Shown here piece after piece: positions 1-12,545 of a stretch of 64,000 bases of DNA. Position numbers and translations under genes: made by a program. How positions within the stretch are numbered: the first letter of the stretch is position 1; each line of letters starts with the position of its first letter. This DNA comes from Oikopleura dioica (taxonomy: Eukaryota; Animalia; Chordata): NCBI GenBank assembly GCA_907165135.1, contig OU015566.1:1116001-1180000 (forward strand), read 5' to 3'. A model generated the notes under the pieces. That model made no database searches and had not been told where the DNA came from. It saw only the letters and a list, made by a program, of their open reading frames with translations.

Positions 1-90
1 AAAAGAGCTCATTTTATGCATTATTAGCGTCATTTTTTCCCACTGTTATCCTAGTTTGATCATAAATTTTCCAACTTAAGAGCGTTTTGG

Positions 91-279
91 TCAACCCTTG
101 TCATCCGAAAAACGCTCTAAAGATGGAAAACGACTGTAATACGACGTTGTTGTGCTGGTCTCTTCTGTTGAGTAATAACTCGTCATATAGTTCTCTTCAT
201 CGTTGCCGTATCCGTAAGGGTATTGGTAAGGATTTGCTCTGACAAGAAGTGGAAAGAGTAGTAAAAAGAAATAAATCAT
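91..279 (-). CDS. Small putative secreted Tyr/Thr-rich protein (possibly one exon of a longer gene)
   Basis: ORF begins with a hydrophobic signal-like segment MIYFFLLLFPLLVRA followed by a Tyr/Ser/Thr-rich stretch; no recognisable family. Confidence 0.3.
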   Translation of the reverse strand: MIYFFLLLFPLLVRANPYQYPYGYGNDEENYMTSYYSTEETSTTTSYYSRFPSLERFSDDKG

Positions 280-550
280 TGACTTGAACTTTTATTTGCA
301 AGTTTTTGATTTTCTAAGTGATAATTTCGCCGCGCAAAAGAGCATATTCTGGTTTTGATATTTGAAAAGAATTTTTGATTTTCTTTTGCTGAAGTTGACA
401 AAAAATGAACTTTGCCAAAATTAAAAAGGAAAAAAAAATAAAATGAAAAAAAAACAAATTTTTTTGCAGAAATTTTTTTATTTCTCAAAAATGTGCAAAA
501 TATTACAAACATTAGTAATTACAGCAACAAACAAAAATACAGTAAGTAAA

Positions 551-811
551 TCAGTAACGATAGTCGTAAAATTCCGGCGATCTTCGTTCCATAAGATGCA
601 TTTGTCGCCGGAAAGATCGGACATTTCCGAGTCTTCGTTGATGAATCTCATCCATGACAACTCGGCGGAGACCAGGTTCTTGAAATTTTTCGCGGAGAAA
701 TTGCATGTTTCGCGAGTTTAAACTTGTGTTTCTCATTTCATTCCAGTTTCGGCTCAGCGATCTGGCTGCGGTTAGATTGAAGACAACGAAGAGAATTCTC
801 AAAAAAATCAT
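551..811 (-). CDS. 86-aa secreted prepropeptide-like protein
   Basis: ATG at 811; signal-like MIFLRILFVVFNLTAA; four RR dibasic sites; ends RRSPEFYDYRY-stop. Confidence 0.45.
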   Translation of the reverse strand: MIFLRILFVVFNLTAARSLSRNWNEMRNTSLNSRNMQFLREKFQEPGLRRVVMDEIHQRRLGNVRSFRRQMHLMERRSPEFYDYRY

Positions 812-1335
812 TTTCGCTTTTTCTATTTTCTTTTGCTTTATTTTATTTTGTGCTTGTTTTGAGCTTTTGGCCAGCGGAAAGTTGTATTTATTCAAAAACC
901 CGTTTAATTATGCATTTTACAGCGATCCCAAAGAATTAACGAAAAGCTACGTCGGATTCAGGTGCGAAAGTTTTCCATTGTTTCGGTTGTACGGTTCGTG
1001 ACGTTTCGACGTTTCAGGAAATGAAAAAAAAAACTCAACCAGATGTTTCTTTAGCTTTTTCCTGAAGGATTTCCTATGCGGAGAGCTACGTTTTGAAAAC
1101 GTCGAATTTTTTAATGACGACGTAAAAAGTCAATTTGGAACAAACTTGCTACAAACCAAAATTAAAAAAATATTGCATCAATGATGACAAACTCGCCCTT
1201 TTTCAGTCAAAAAAAAAGTTTGCTGTGTAAATTTCTTCATCGAAGTCAAAATAAATTCAGTACTGATTAGTTGCTCAGTCAGGATTATCGCTTTCGGCCT
1301 AATGGCTGCTCGTTGGTCAGGCTCAGAGAGAGATA

Positions 1336-3828
1336 ATGGCGTGGGAATTTAGCTTGATCAAGGTATTTTTCAACTTTTTCAGCCAAAATTTATCTGAAAA
1401 TTCAAGTCGACGAAAAATGTCGCATTTGAGCAACGCTGCGAAAGAGTCCAGAAATGCTCTCCTTCTTCGATTCAGACTGGATCGCAGCTTACCTACTTGC
1501 CGAAAAGTATTCAAGAGGTGATTCAAGATGCTATGGAAGTAACGATGCAGTGGTACGTCGTCGACTGCCCGAAAAGCAAAAGAGAAGCGCTTGATGACCG
1601 CTGGGAGAAACTAATCGGCATTCTTGTCAGCTCAAACAACGAAATCGGGCAAAAAATATCCGGCCTGTGCGTAAAGGTCTCAGAAGGATTCGACCGCCTG
1701 GCGATTTTGATGGACAAAGTCAGCAAAGAACAACGAGCAGAGAGGTTCAACGAGTTGAGCAAAATGCTCGATCTTTCGAAGGAGGAAAATTTCACGATGA
1801 AGACTTTTGCGAATTTCATGAAAATTCACGGCTGGGAAATTGTTGACAACGCGACCCAAAAAGCGCAAGTGAAGAAAGACCCGAAACAATGGAGAATTCT
1901 AGCGCTGGAAAGAAATGAATCCTGGAGTCAAAAACTCAAGTCGTATAAAAATTCTGACATCAAGGAACACATCGTTTCCGCGGATTTATCACTTGGGGTT
2001 TTTCTGATAAATGGAGATGGAGAGCCGAATGATTCTTCCTGGTTCAAGAAAATCGCCATTCTAGAGGCTGAAAACGACAGTGAAAAGATTCATCAAATTT
2101 TGAAAATTTTCGTCGACAAAATTTCTCCAAACGATTTCCACTCGATCACCGCAATGAGGGTGCAGACTTTGGATGCCAAAACATTCATCGGACTTTACAT
2201 CACAAAACAGCTCGTCGAAACTGACATTGAAGAAAGTCTCGATCGAATTCTCCGCCCTTTCAAACGAATCCTCTCTCCAATCATCTTCGCCGAGAAATTT
2301 CCTAAATTTCAGGCAATACGAAAAATCGCTGAACTCCCGTCTTCGCTGAACAACAGTCCCAAGATGCCGGAAAAGTACAAAAAGCTCCACAGCGCGCTGT
2401 CGGAGGCAAACATGTCGCAAAGCTTGCCTAATTCAAAGAGCTCGAAAATTCAGGATCAGCTTCAGAGAATAAGGGACAGAAGCGCGACTCCACCGATTTC
2501 GAGGGTTGAACAACCGCAAGTGGAGATAACAGGATCGGATTTTCGATCCGCGTCAGCTTTTTTTTTCTGAGAAACTTTATAAATCCGCTGAAAAGGCCCT
2601 TCCCCAACTACCATCCGAAGGCACAAATCAAGTCAAGACCACGAGCGACAAAAATCCCTCCGCGCATCTGGTGTCGATTTTTCATCAAGAGAAGAAACCG
2701 AAGTCTTTGTCGCTCAACTTCTCTCCCAAAACGAAAGCCTCAAGAAACAGCTCTCCGAAGAAGCTGCTCAAATGCCGAAAACGCCCTTGAAACAGAGTCA
2801 ATCGCTACCTCAGTCTTCTATGTCTCCGAGGGAGCAAAGAAATTTGGAACATAAGATCAGCGAATTGAAAAACTCGCTGGTGAGGGCGGAAAAAGATCAT
2901 CAAGAATCCGTCAGAAAACTGAATCAGCAAATAAAGGAGAAAGAAGAAATGATGAAAAAGAAAGCAGAAGAAATCAAGGGACTCAGGAAAGATTGAAAAT
3001 GATCATTCTTCTAGGGCTTTTTCTGTCGAGCAATTTTTTCAATCCAATTCTAGGTCACATGCTGGCGAAACAAATCTTCTCCGACTAGAAGAAAAAAGAG
3101 CCCTTGAAGCAGAAAATGTTCGCCTCAAGTAAATTCCTCGTGTTTCTTATTAATTAAAATCTCTAGCGATGACAATTTGTACTTCATCGACATCATCGAA
3201 AAACGAGAAAAGACGATCGAAGAGCTCAAAGAAGCGAAGAACAAAGTGGACGAGGAATTGAAAAAAACGAACATGAGCAAAACAATTCTCGAATCTGGTA
3301 AAAAATTCAAAATTTTGGAGTCAACAGCGATTTTTTAGAAATTCAGGATGCAAAAAAACAGCATGAAGAAAAAATAGTGACGCTCAAAGACGTTCTCGGA
3401 AAATTCTTCGATCACAATTTGAAGGAAGTCCAAAGCGTAGAGCGAAAGAAGATTCTCCTTCACTTAGCTTTGGATAAAAAGCTTGTGAGCACGGAGGAAA
3501 CTCTTCCTGGGCTTGAAGAACAAGAAGAACTCAAACTTGAAATCGAAAAACTGAAGGTCCAGGTCATTGAAGCACAGGTAAGACTTTCCAGGAGAGCATC
3601 CATTTCACCTCTTTTTCCAAGGCAAATAGCGAAGCCATGTCGAGTTGCAACATCTGCCAAAACTATTTCGACAACGAAAATCACAAAATGTCGTGTTTGA
3701 CTCCCTGCGGCCACTGCATGTGCTATTCCTGCGCGCTGCAAATGATGCCCTACGGATTCGTCGGAACCTGCCCGCACTGCAGGAAGGAGTTCAGAAAACA
3801 AGAGATCCGACCTCTTTTCTTTGCATAA
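1336..3828 (+). CDS. Multi-exon coiled-coil protein with C-terminal C3HC4 RING finger (putative E3 ligase)
   Basis: Exon 1 MAWEFSLIK splices in phase to the long exon-2 frame; E/K-rich coiled-coil exons; last exon CNIC..CGHCMCYSC..CPHC RING pattern ending at TAA 3828. Confidence 0.75.
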
Positions 3829-3900
3829 AAATTCATTTTTCAAGGAATAAAATTTGCCTCAAAATCTTCAATTTTCTCATTCTTTTATTCGATATTTTGA

Positions 3901-6900
3901 TCAATCGAGCTCAGTAACTGTCGCTTCTTCTTGAAAAATCGGCTCAGGTTTTGGCAGAATGGTCCTGAAAGGCTGTTGCATTCTTCGTAAATCATCAATT
4001 GTAACTCCATTCGATCTGGTAAATTTGCCATAGTTCGTTTTTCGAATTTCCGACAGTCGGAAAGAAATAACTAAAAAACGGATTTTGTGTTCAATTTTCA
4101 AGAAAACTTACTTTGGCGAACTTCAGTCGATCTGCAGTTGTACCAGCGTTGTGCTTCTTTGACGATCATTTCAATCTTCTCAGAGTTGACATCCCTAAAA
4201 AGAAAAATTAACAAAAAGAAAAGAAAATCTGCTCTTTACTTGATGCTCTCTACCAGCAGCTCTTCTTTCGCAAAAACGATGTTCATCAATCTCCGGATAA
4301 CTTTCGACAGATTCAACCCTCGATCAATCTCTTTTCAGAAAATAAATTCAGCTGAAAAAATTTTAACGATTACCTTCCCGTATTGCCATCAGTCTCGTAA
4401 GAGAACCGTTTTTGTAAACCAACGCTTCGAGCGAACTCGGACTCGGAATATCAATTGAAATAAATTGAGAAGACCCGTCGAATTCGTTTTTTATCTCCTC
4501 AATTTTTTCTTCCCCCGTGTAGAACTCATCAGCAGGTTCTTCTTTTACGATAATCTCTTCCGTCTCTTCTGGTAAACTTTTCGACGCGCTTCTTTCCGAA
4601 GTTTTTTGACCTTTTGAAATCTGATCGTATTTTCTAAAAAGGAGAATTGAAAAAATGAGGCTTTAGTTCAAAATTACCTTTTCTTTGACTCCTTCTTCTT
4701 TTCTGTTTTCTCGTTATTTTTCCACTGTATAAAAGCCTAAACTCAAGTTTAGCCATTTGTAACACTGGTCCCTCTCTTACAGTGACTCCCGTCTCCGTAA
4801 TCTCGATTTTCCAACAAGGGGGAACGACTCCATCCCATTTGAAAATGGACTGGTCTGCTAGGTGCTTTATAAAATCCTTTGGAATCGCGGTCTTTTTCTC
4901 TCCAGCATCCATTTTTCGTTCAAAAACTTGACCTTCCTGCGTTTTTATCTCCGGTGGAATGAACAACGTGAGGAAGAGGCTAGTGATTGGTTGGTGGGGC
5001 CTAAGAAGAGGAGACCCATACTTCCAGATTGGCCGATTCTCGAAAAATGTTTCATTTTTGCAAGAAAATTGGCGAAGAGGTTTTCACAATGTTCGAGTTT
5101 ATTAATAATAAGACAGTCTGTTTCTAGAATTACAGTAATTCCAATTGAGAAGTGATTTTGACGGGTCATTTCGTAAACGACAAGAATTGGTTTTTCAGGG
5201 CGTTTTGGTCATGCATCCTTCATCACGAAGACAGGAGAGACGTTTGGAAAGGCCAGGTCCGATCGTGACTCCGGAAGTAGAATTGTATTCGAATCCGCGT
5301 TTTCGTTTCGCCGAGCCTGTGACGCCCGAAATCATCTCGTTGATTGAGCTGAATTCGGAGCGGCGATTCGGACTTTGGTTCATTAAAAACTCGATCTTCT
5401 TGCCGACGTGGATTGATTCCGGAGTGAGTGGGATTCGCTTGCACTAGAAAATGATTAGGATGAAAATGGGGGAAGGGGAATGATTTTTAACCTTTGCGGG
5501 AGAGATGAAAATCGAGTGTTTGGAACTCAATCGCCTGGGAGAAGAAGTGCTCATCTGAACAAAATCGGTCAGAAAAATGGTCAGGGTTGAAAAACTCACC
5601 GGTAGGGGAGAAAGAGGAACTCCAGCATTAAATCCAGCTTGCCTGATCAGCTCCGTCGTAAAAGTCCCGACAAGAGGGGCAAAAACGGCGTTGTAGAACT
5701 TTGTAATGTCGCCCCGCTCAGAGGTTTTGGCCGAAGTTGAGGCGGTTCTGACGCTGCGATAGACCTAGAAAGGGATGAAAAGGAGTGTTTTAAGAGGAGT
5801 GTTTTACCCTGCTCTTGCATTGAGGCTGGTATCGGTAGGCAGAGAGGATTTCCATGAACTTGATTTCGTTTCGAGGGTTGGACACTTTGCCGACGATGTA
5901 GACGCAGCAGAGGATGATCTGAGTAAACGATTAATACAAGAAGAGCGGCAACAAATCACCTGGTCGACATGTCGATCGAGAAACATTTCTCGTTTCTTCG
6001 TCAGACAGTGTTCGAAAACGTTAAAAATGTATTCGGTAATTTGCTTTGAAAGCCGCAGCCGCCTAAAATGAATCATAATTTCACCCTCTCATTTTCAACT
6101 AACTGTGAAATGTGTTGGATTCTTCTTGTAACGAGGAGGTAAATTTTTCTGTAGAAAAGATGCATCGAGCTGCGCTTTGAGACTATCTTCGCGTCAACCA
6201 CTTTGTCCACTAAATTTTCAACAGGACTTTCTTTTGGGTCATCGCTCTTCGGATCATCGTCGAATAATTTCCGTTTGACGGAGGCTTTGATCGGCGAGGC
6301 AAAGGAATGGCGAAGCGACATCGGCTGAGCTGGAGAATTTGGCAGTTCTTGGGCGTTACGGCGGGTCGTGACATCGGCGCAGGGAGGGACGAAATCGTCG
6401 TTTTTCCAAAGAGGCGATTTGTTTTCCCAGCTTAGTTCTTCGAGAATGCGCTCTTCGATCACAGCCAGATGCTTGACCACGTCTCTTGGTAGACGAAGAC
6501 CTTGAAAAAAAACGACTTTAGAAAGCCTGGAGAGGACAAAGAACTCGGTTAACCCTAACCCATGTAAAAACCTGAGTCAGGGTACTGAAAGAGATATTTT
6601 CAAAGGAAGCCGCGATTCGCGAAGTTTGTTTAGGACCCTGACTCAGGTTTCTACACAAGTTTCTGAGCCAGCGCTAGGAGGAAGAGACTTACCGGAACCA
6701 AGATCAGCTCTCAAAATCAGCTCGATGACCTTGTAAAACTCAATTGGCACAAACAGGTTTTTTTTAAGTGTGCCCGAGAATTTTCGTAACTTTTGATTGG
6801 GTTAATATAATTACAATCTGTAACTTGCAGAATGTAGCCGGGTATTAGTTTACTAATTTGAGATAGAGTTGGTGTCAATATCTATTCTGGTGGTGGAGTT

Positions 6901-8878
6901 ATGACGTCATAAAAATGCATTATAAAAGGGGGCCTTCAACTTTGTGACGTCATAACTCCACCTCCACTGGTGCAAATAACACCAAAAGCTTATTTAACAC
7001 ACTACAGACCCTCCCCAACAAGGTCCAAAAGAGAGAATTGAAATATCTCGACTCTAACACCTTCAAAAACGCTCCACCATTTTTGGGCACACTTAAAAAA
7101 AACCTGTTACAATACTCAACGCCTTCAGAATCAGCTGAAAGTTGTCGTGCGAGGAGTAGCTCCAAAGAATAATCTCCACCGAAACAGCTAGAATCGACTT
7201 GACAACGATTGGTTTTTGAAGAAGGAAGCCCAAATCGCTGATTTTACCAAGACGGTCTCGTTCTTCCAAAAGAATGGACTCGAGGAATCGCCAAAAGAGC
7301 TTCTTCGAGATTTCCAATCGCTCGCTCAGGGACTTGTCTTTCTTCAGCTTCTCTAGAATGGTCTCGGAGGAGGTGTTAACCAGATCTCGAAGGGAGCGAG
7401 AGTGATCTTTCTCGCATGAAGCAAGGAGGGACATCAAGCTCGCTAAAGAAAAATGTCATTTTCTCAAAGAAAACGAAGAAAAGTTACCTGGAATATCAGA
7501 GGAGTCATTCTCTTTGATGAGATCTTTGATTTGCTGGACAGCACGGGTATGCTGAGAGATGGGAGAGGCAGTGCTTTGCGTTTTCGCCAAATATCGACGA
7601 TTTGTCAGAGGTGTTTTCGCTCCAAAAGCAATTGTTGATGAATTTTCGCCAAATGTCTAAAAAGAGGGTTTGATTTTTTTAATAATGATAGAGTTACCGA
7701 GTCTAAAGAGCCAGAATTCCCGGCAGAGCCCTTGACCGGTGTGCCCAAGCTCGAGTCTGCGTCTGGCTTCAAAAAGATCTGCTCATCAAAGTCCCCTCGG
7801 AGAAGAACAAACTCAGAGTACATGTTCTTCAGTTCTCTGATATTCGTTTCGTAGAACTGCCCCTCGAAAGCGCCACAGATTCCCTCCTCGCTATTCGCGT
7901 CGTAGGAAAACTTCGCCTGTTCGTAGAGCTGCGCGATGTGCGGCTCGAACCAGTGGTCGTTGATGCACTGCGCGTCGGCGAGAAGACCTTGGTGCCGTTC
8001 GGAGAGTTTTTCGAGGATGGAGATTTCTTCGCCTTCCGGGACGAATTCGTCCTTGATGAAACCTTTCAAATTCGACTGCAAGAAAACATTTCGAAAGACG
8101 AAATTGACGGAGGCGAGGAGCAAATGATACGAATTGACCAGATCGCCAGCGACTTTCGGAAATTGACTCTTTGTATGAATGAAGAGCAGCCAGGTGAATT
8201 CTTTCAATTGCTCGTGCCCAAGTGGACGTTTTCCTTTTCGTCGGCCGGGAGTGGCGAAGCAGTTTATTCGGAAGACGTCGGTGAAGATTGGCGCGAATTT
8301 CTTGTAGATGACGGTTACCACTGAAAAGAAATTGAATTCTGGAATGTCTTCTAAAATTTTTTGCTTACCAGAAAAGTTCTTCTCCAACTGCTCAATTTTC
8401 GCGTTGAAAGTTTCGCCCAACTGCGCCATTTCCGACCAGCGTTTGATTTTCTTCATGAAATCAATGAGCGAAATGTTGACTTCGTCGAGCAAGCTCATCA
8501 GCGAGATGCAGTTTCCATTGATCTCCCGCCCGTTCATACAGGTATTGACTGTCATTGAACAGGCGGCGAATATTGCACAGCCAGCCCAGACGTCGGAACT
8601 GCCTTCGAGAGTGAAGGTTTCGGAAACCGAACTGTAGACTTTCCAAGCGCGTTCTAGAGTCGTCTAGAAATAACGAATTAAGTCTGGGTGTTTGATTCTC
8701 TAGCAAGAATCGAGATTCAAAATTATATAAATTGTCTCTATTTTGATAAGAAAGAGGAATCCCCTCATTTCAAGTAACAATTATTTTACTAGAATCAAAT
8801 TTGAAAACATACCTGATCTAATGCAAGCGTTTGAGCAAGTTCAGTCATTTTATCCGTCGGAGAAAGCTCATCGCCCAT
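3901..8878 (-). CDS. RBL1: Retinoblastoma-like pocket protein (p107/p130 type), multi-exon
   Basis: N-domain WLLFIHTKSQFPKVAGDLVNSYHLLLASVNFVF; A-pocket EFYKVIELIL; B-pocket DRHVDQVICC and DITKFYNAVF; start exon MGDELSPTDKMTELAQTLALDQ. RBL1 versus RBL2 orthology not resolvable by eye. Confidence 0.9.
6563..6655. mobile_element. 93-bp MITE in an RBL intron
   Basis: 20-bp TIR tgtaaaaacctgagtcaggg / ccctgactcaggtttctaca (1 mismatch); related copies at 25623-25724 and a partial end near 9388. Confidence 0.7.
6752..7108. mobile_element. 357-bp MITE inserted in an RBL coding exon
   Basis: Perfect 24-bp TIR aacaggttttttttaagtgtgccc; 3-bp direct repeat ACA at 6749-6751 and 7109-7111; removing the element plus one TSD restores ...ALSI-VPIEFYKVIE. 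Confidence 0.88.
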
Positions 8879-8987
8879 TTCCTTCTTTATTTCTCTCATC
8901 CTTCTTTCTTTTTTCGCGACTTTGAGCGCTTCGGAGATTCGATTTTTCGACTTTTTTGAAAAGTGGCGCCGAAATCGAGTGAGTAAT

Positions 8988-9031
8988 TTTGCCGCGCGTC
9001 AATTGGCTCCAGCGGGACGTCGCGCGGCAAA
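8988..9031. promoter_or_regulatory. Inverted pair of E2F-like sites flanking a CCAAT box in the RBL/CSDE1 divergent promoter
   Basis: TTTGCCGC at 8988-8995, ATTGG at 9002-9006, GCGGCAAA at 9024-9031; matches the TTTSSCGC consensus, 110-150 bp upstream of the RBL ATG. Confidence 0.5.
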
Positions 9032-9639
9032 GTCGAATCTCAAAACGGCAAAATTTCTTCGACTGTTTTATTGAACTTTCTATAACAGCCTGTAACTCAC
9101 AGGCATTCTATTTTAGCTAGTTTGATAAGAAAAACGAGAAATGATGAATATTTTTTAGAATGTAACGCAGTTTTAATCAAGTGCGCCTGTCTGAATCAAT
9201 TTTATCAAGAAAATGGTTTTTTATTCGATAAAATTTCATGTCCAGTCTTGAAAATCGCAAATTTCTCCCTAGAAATCTGCAAATTTGGGCCGAAAAATGC
9301 ATAGAATAGCCAAAAAAGACAATTTTTATAGAAAAAATTTCGAGATTTTAGTATAAATTTCGCATTTGGTGTCAATGATCTGCGTTCAAAGCCTGAGTCA
9401 GGGATCCATAAGAGGAAGTCAAAATGCGGCCTTTCGTTCAAGCCTTTTTAGTTGCGCACGCAGGTTTCCGACCCATTTCCACATCTCTCCGACGGAGAGT
9501 CTCCGTTTCATAAAAATATCAAAAACCATTATGAAGACACGAAAAACATTTATTGCATCTTCAAACTATTTATTTAAAACTAAGCTAAACGCACGAAAGG
9601 GAACACCCTCTCCAAAAAACAATTCTGAATCCGACAATC

Positions 9640-12545
9640 ATGAATCGAAACGGCGGTCACCAGCACTCGCGAAACAACCGACGCTCAAATGGCGGTCCTA
9701 ATGGCAATGGGGGCCCGTCTCCGTCCAAATGGCAGGAGTTTCGAGCTTCCCACCAGAATCCAGAACATGAAATGAACGAAGGTCGAAAGCCGAATTTTGT
9801 TCCTGAAAGCGTCGATTTCATTCCAGGAAAGGGAGATTTCTGAGCAATAAAGACCGAAATTCAAGTTTTTTTCGGAAATGAATCCCTTGCCCAGGACAAC
9901 GCATGTTCGGAACCGTCGAAAAAATGATGAATTCGTACGGCTTCATCGACGTCCTGGATCGAAAAGGCCGCGTTTTTTTCCACTTTTCCCAGTACAAAAA
10001 CGGAGGGAACGAGCCATTGCGCGTCCACGACGAGGTCGAGTTCGAAATGATGATCGACGATCGGAACAGTCGCGTCGTCGCTTCCAAAGTTGTCCGGCTT
10101 CCTCGAGGAACAATTGAGTACGAAACCCTTTCGCCAGAGAGAATTTGTGGCTACGTCGCTGCGCCGCCTACTAGAGCTCATCCGGGCTCGTTGACCTACT
10201 CGACCGGTGGAGAGTACTTCTTCATCCCCTTTTTCTACAACGATGTTGTTCCGGAAACACCGTTGTTCAAAAACGATGAAGTGTCGTTCTTCATTTCCAC
10301 GAATAAACGGACGAAATCGCTTTCTGCAAAGAAAGTTACTGTTGTCGCGCGATCCCAAGCTCCGAAGCGTTTCAGGGGACGAGTCAGTGGAATGAAGGAT
10401 TCGTTCGGTTTCATCAAGCGCGCGGAAGTGGCCGTGGAAATTTTCTTTCACTACTCTCAGGTAGCTGCCGATGTTCCAGATCTACGAGTCGGGAACGACG
10501 TAGAATTCTCCATCGAGAATCGCAAGGACAAGGAAGTCGCTGTCAACGTCACCCTCCTTCCCGACGGCTCCGTTGTTTTCGACGACATTTCGGAAAAGAT
10601 CCTTTCTGGTCGATTGTTGACGATTCCAACAAACAAGCGCGATGAAGGCAAAATCGAGTGCACTTCGGACGGCAAAATTTACGCTTTCGCCGAGGCCGAT
10701 CGAGACGGAAACGCCTACACCGTCCAGGAAAACGACATTGTCCGCTTTTTGATCGCCACTGATCGACGGGATCATTCAAAGCGAGCAGTTTCGATTCAAC
10801 TGGACATTGACGCCACGAAAGCCGAGAAAAATGAAGAGCGCGAAACTGGAATCGTCGCGGCGGTGAAAGTTCTTGAAGGATTCGGATTCATCAAGTGCCA
10901 ATCGCGCGAAAATCGCATGTTCTTTCACTGCTCGGAAATAATCGACGCTCAGCACAGGGTGAAAATGTCCGACGAGGTTGAATTTACGGTCATGCCGGAC
11001 ACGATGGTCAACTCGAAGCCGCGGCTACACGCGACCAGGATCAAGATCTTGCCAAAGGGATCTGTCCATTTTAGCACTCTATCTAATCAGGTAATCATGC
11101 AATGGATTGTAGTCCAAGGGGGCATCTCTATTGACAATTTACTTTGGTAGTTCAACGATTTTAAGCTCTACAACGGCGTCATCTGCGGCGAGAAGTCGAT
11201 CAAGTCGGACGCTTTTCCCGACCTCGTCGAAATGGAAGAAGCTCTTGACGATCTCGCAGAAGGCGAAAGCGTTGCCTTCCGAATCCGCGAGAACAAACGA
11301 ACGGACGAGCGAATCGCCGTCGAAGTTCGCTCGCTCAAGCGCGATCTTCGCTACGGAACTGTCATTCTCAAGAAGGACAGCTACGGCTTCATCGAATCCG
11401 AAGATCACTGCAAGGAGATTTTCTTCCACTACTCGGAAATCGTTTCTGAATCGGACCAGATTACTCTTGGCAGCACGGTCGAGTACTCGGAGAATTTGAA
11501 GGACAACAAACTTTGCGCCGTCGGAATCAAGATTTCCAAGAAGGACTTGTCTGCTGATGAAGATGTCTCGCAACAGGTAAAAAGCTTTTACTCAAAGAAT
11601 TCTCTTTCATTCCCCCCTCGCGCAGGTCCTCAGCGGAATCGTCAAACAAGAGCTCAAATCATCAAACCAATCATACGGTGGCGTCATCGACATCACCGAG
11701 GCAGAAGGAACAACTGAACTTTCCTCCGTTCGATTTTCCTCGACGAGCATGGCGGAAAAGCGCACTTTCAACCAAAATGATCCGGTTTGCTTCCAGCTGG
11801 CGACGCACAAGAAAACTGGCGACATTCGAGCTGTGAATGTTCAATGTAAGATTTTATGCATTTTAAAGTTTATCGTCTTGTTTCAGTAAAACGGAAGCAG
11901 CAACAATCTACAATCGAGTCGATCAAGGGCGAGTACGGATTCATCAACTACCAGGAAGGCGAAGGAGACAGGTAAAGATCCGAATAAGATATAAGGTCGA
12001 TTCCTTTCTTTAGCAAGAACGTCTTCTTCCACGCAACAAATCTCATTGATGTGGCAATCGCAGACTTGGGCGTCGGTGATGTCGTGAAATTCTCTGTGAT
12101 TCACAACAAACGCTCTGGAAACACCTGCGCTGCTGGAATTCGTCTTATCAAAAAAGCGCCAAAGACGGAAATCACTGCGAAAGAGCCGGTGTCGAAGGAC
12201 TCGCCCGCCCGGCCGGAGAGACTGAAGATGAAGCTCTCTAGAAACTCGGAGAGCAAGGAAGATAGTCCGGTTATTCGGCAGCCAAAGGTACTCTCTTCGA
12301 GTTTTGACCGAATCCGCTTAAAAATGTACTAGGGCCCTGAGGCAGCTGGAGTCAAGGGCTTTGGTCGCCAGATGTCTCGAAGTACCACAGAAGAAAATGG
12401 AACAGGAGAGCCAGACTCTGTAAGAAAAAATATCTTTCTTGAATTATTTCTTATCACTTATTTCTAGGTGGCGGAGATGGAAACTCTGGAGACAGAAGAA
12501 GTCGTTTCCTGCGAAATTGAAGCAGCCGCTGTTTCTGAAGAATGA
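9640..12545 (+). CDS. CSDE1: Cold shock domain-containing protein E1 (Unr), multi-exon
   Basis: Repeated CSDs ([60 protein letters not shown]) and C-terminal SUZ-C motif IRQPKGP..GFG. Confidence 0.92.
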
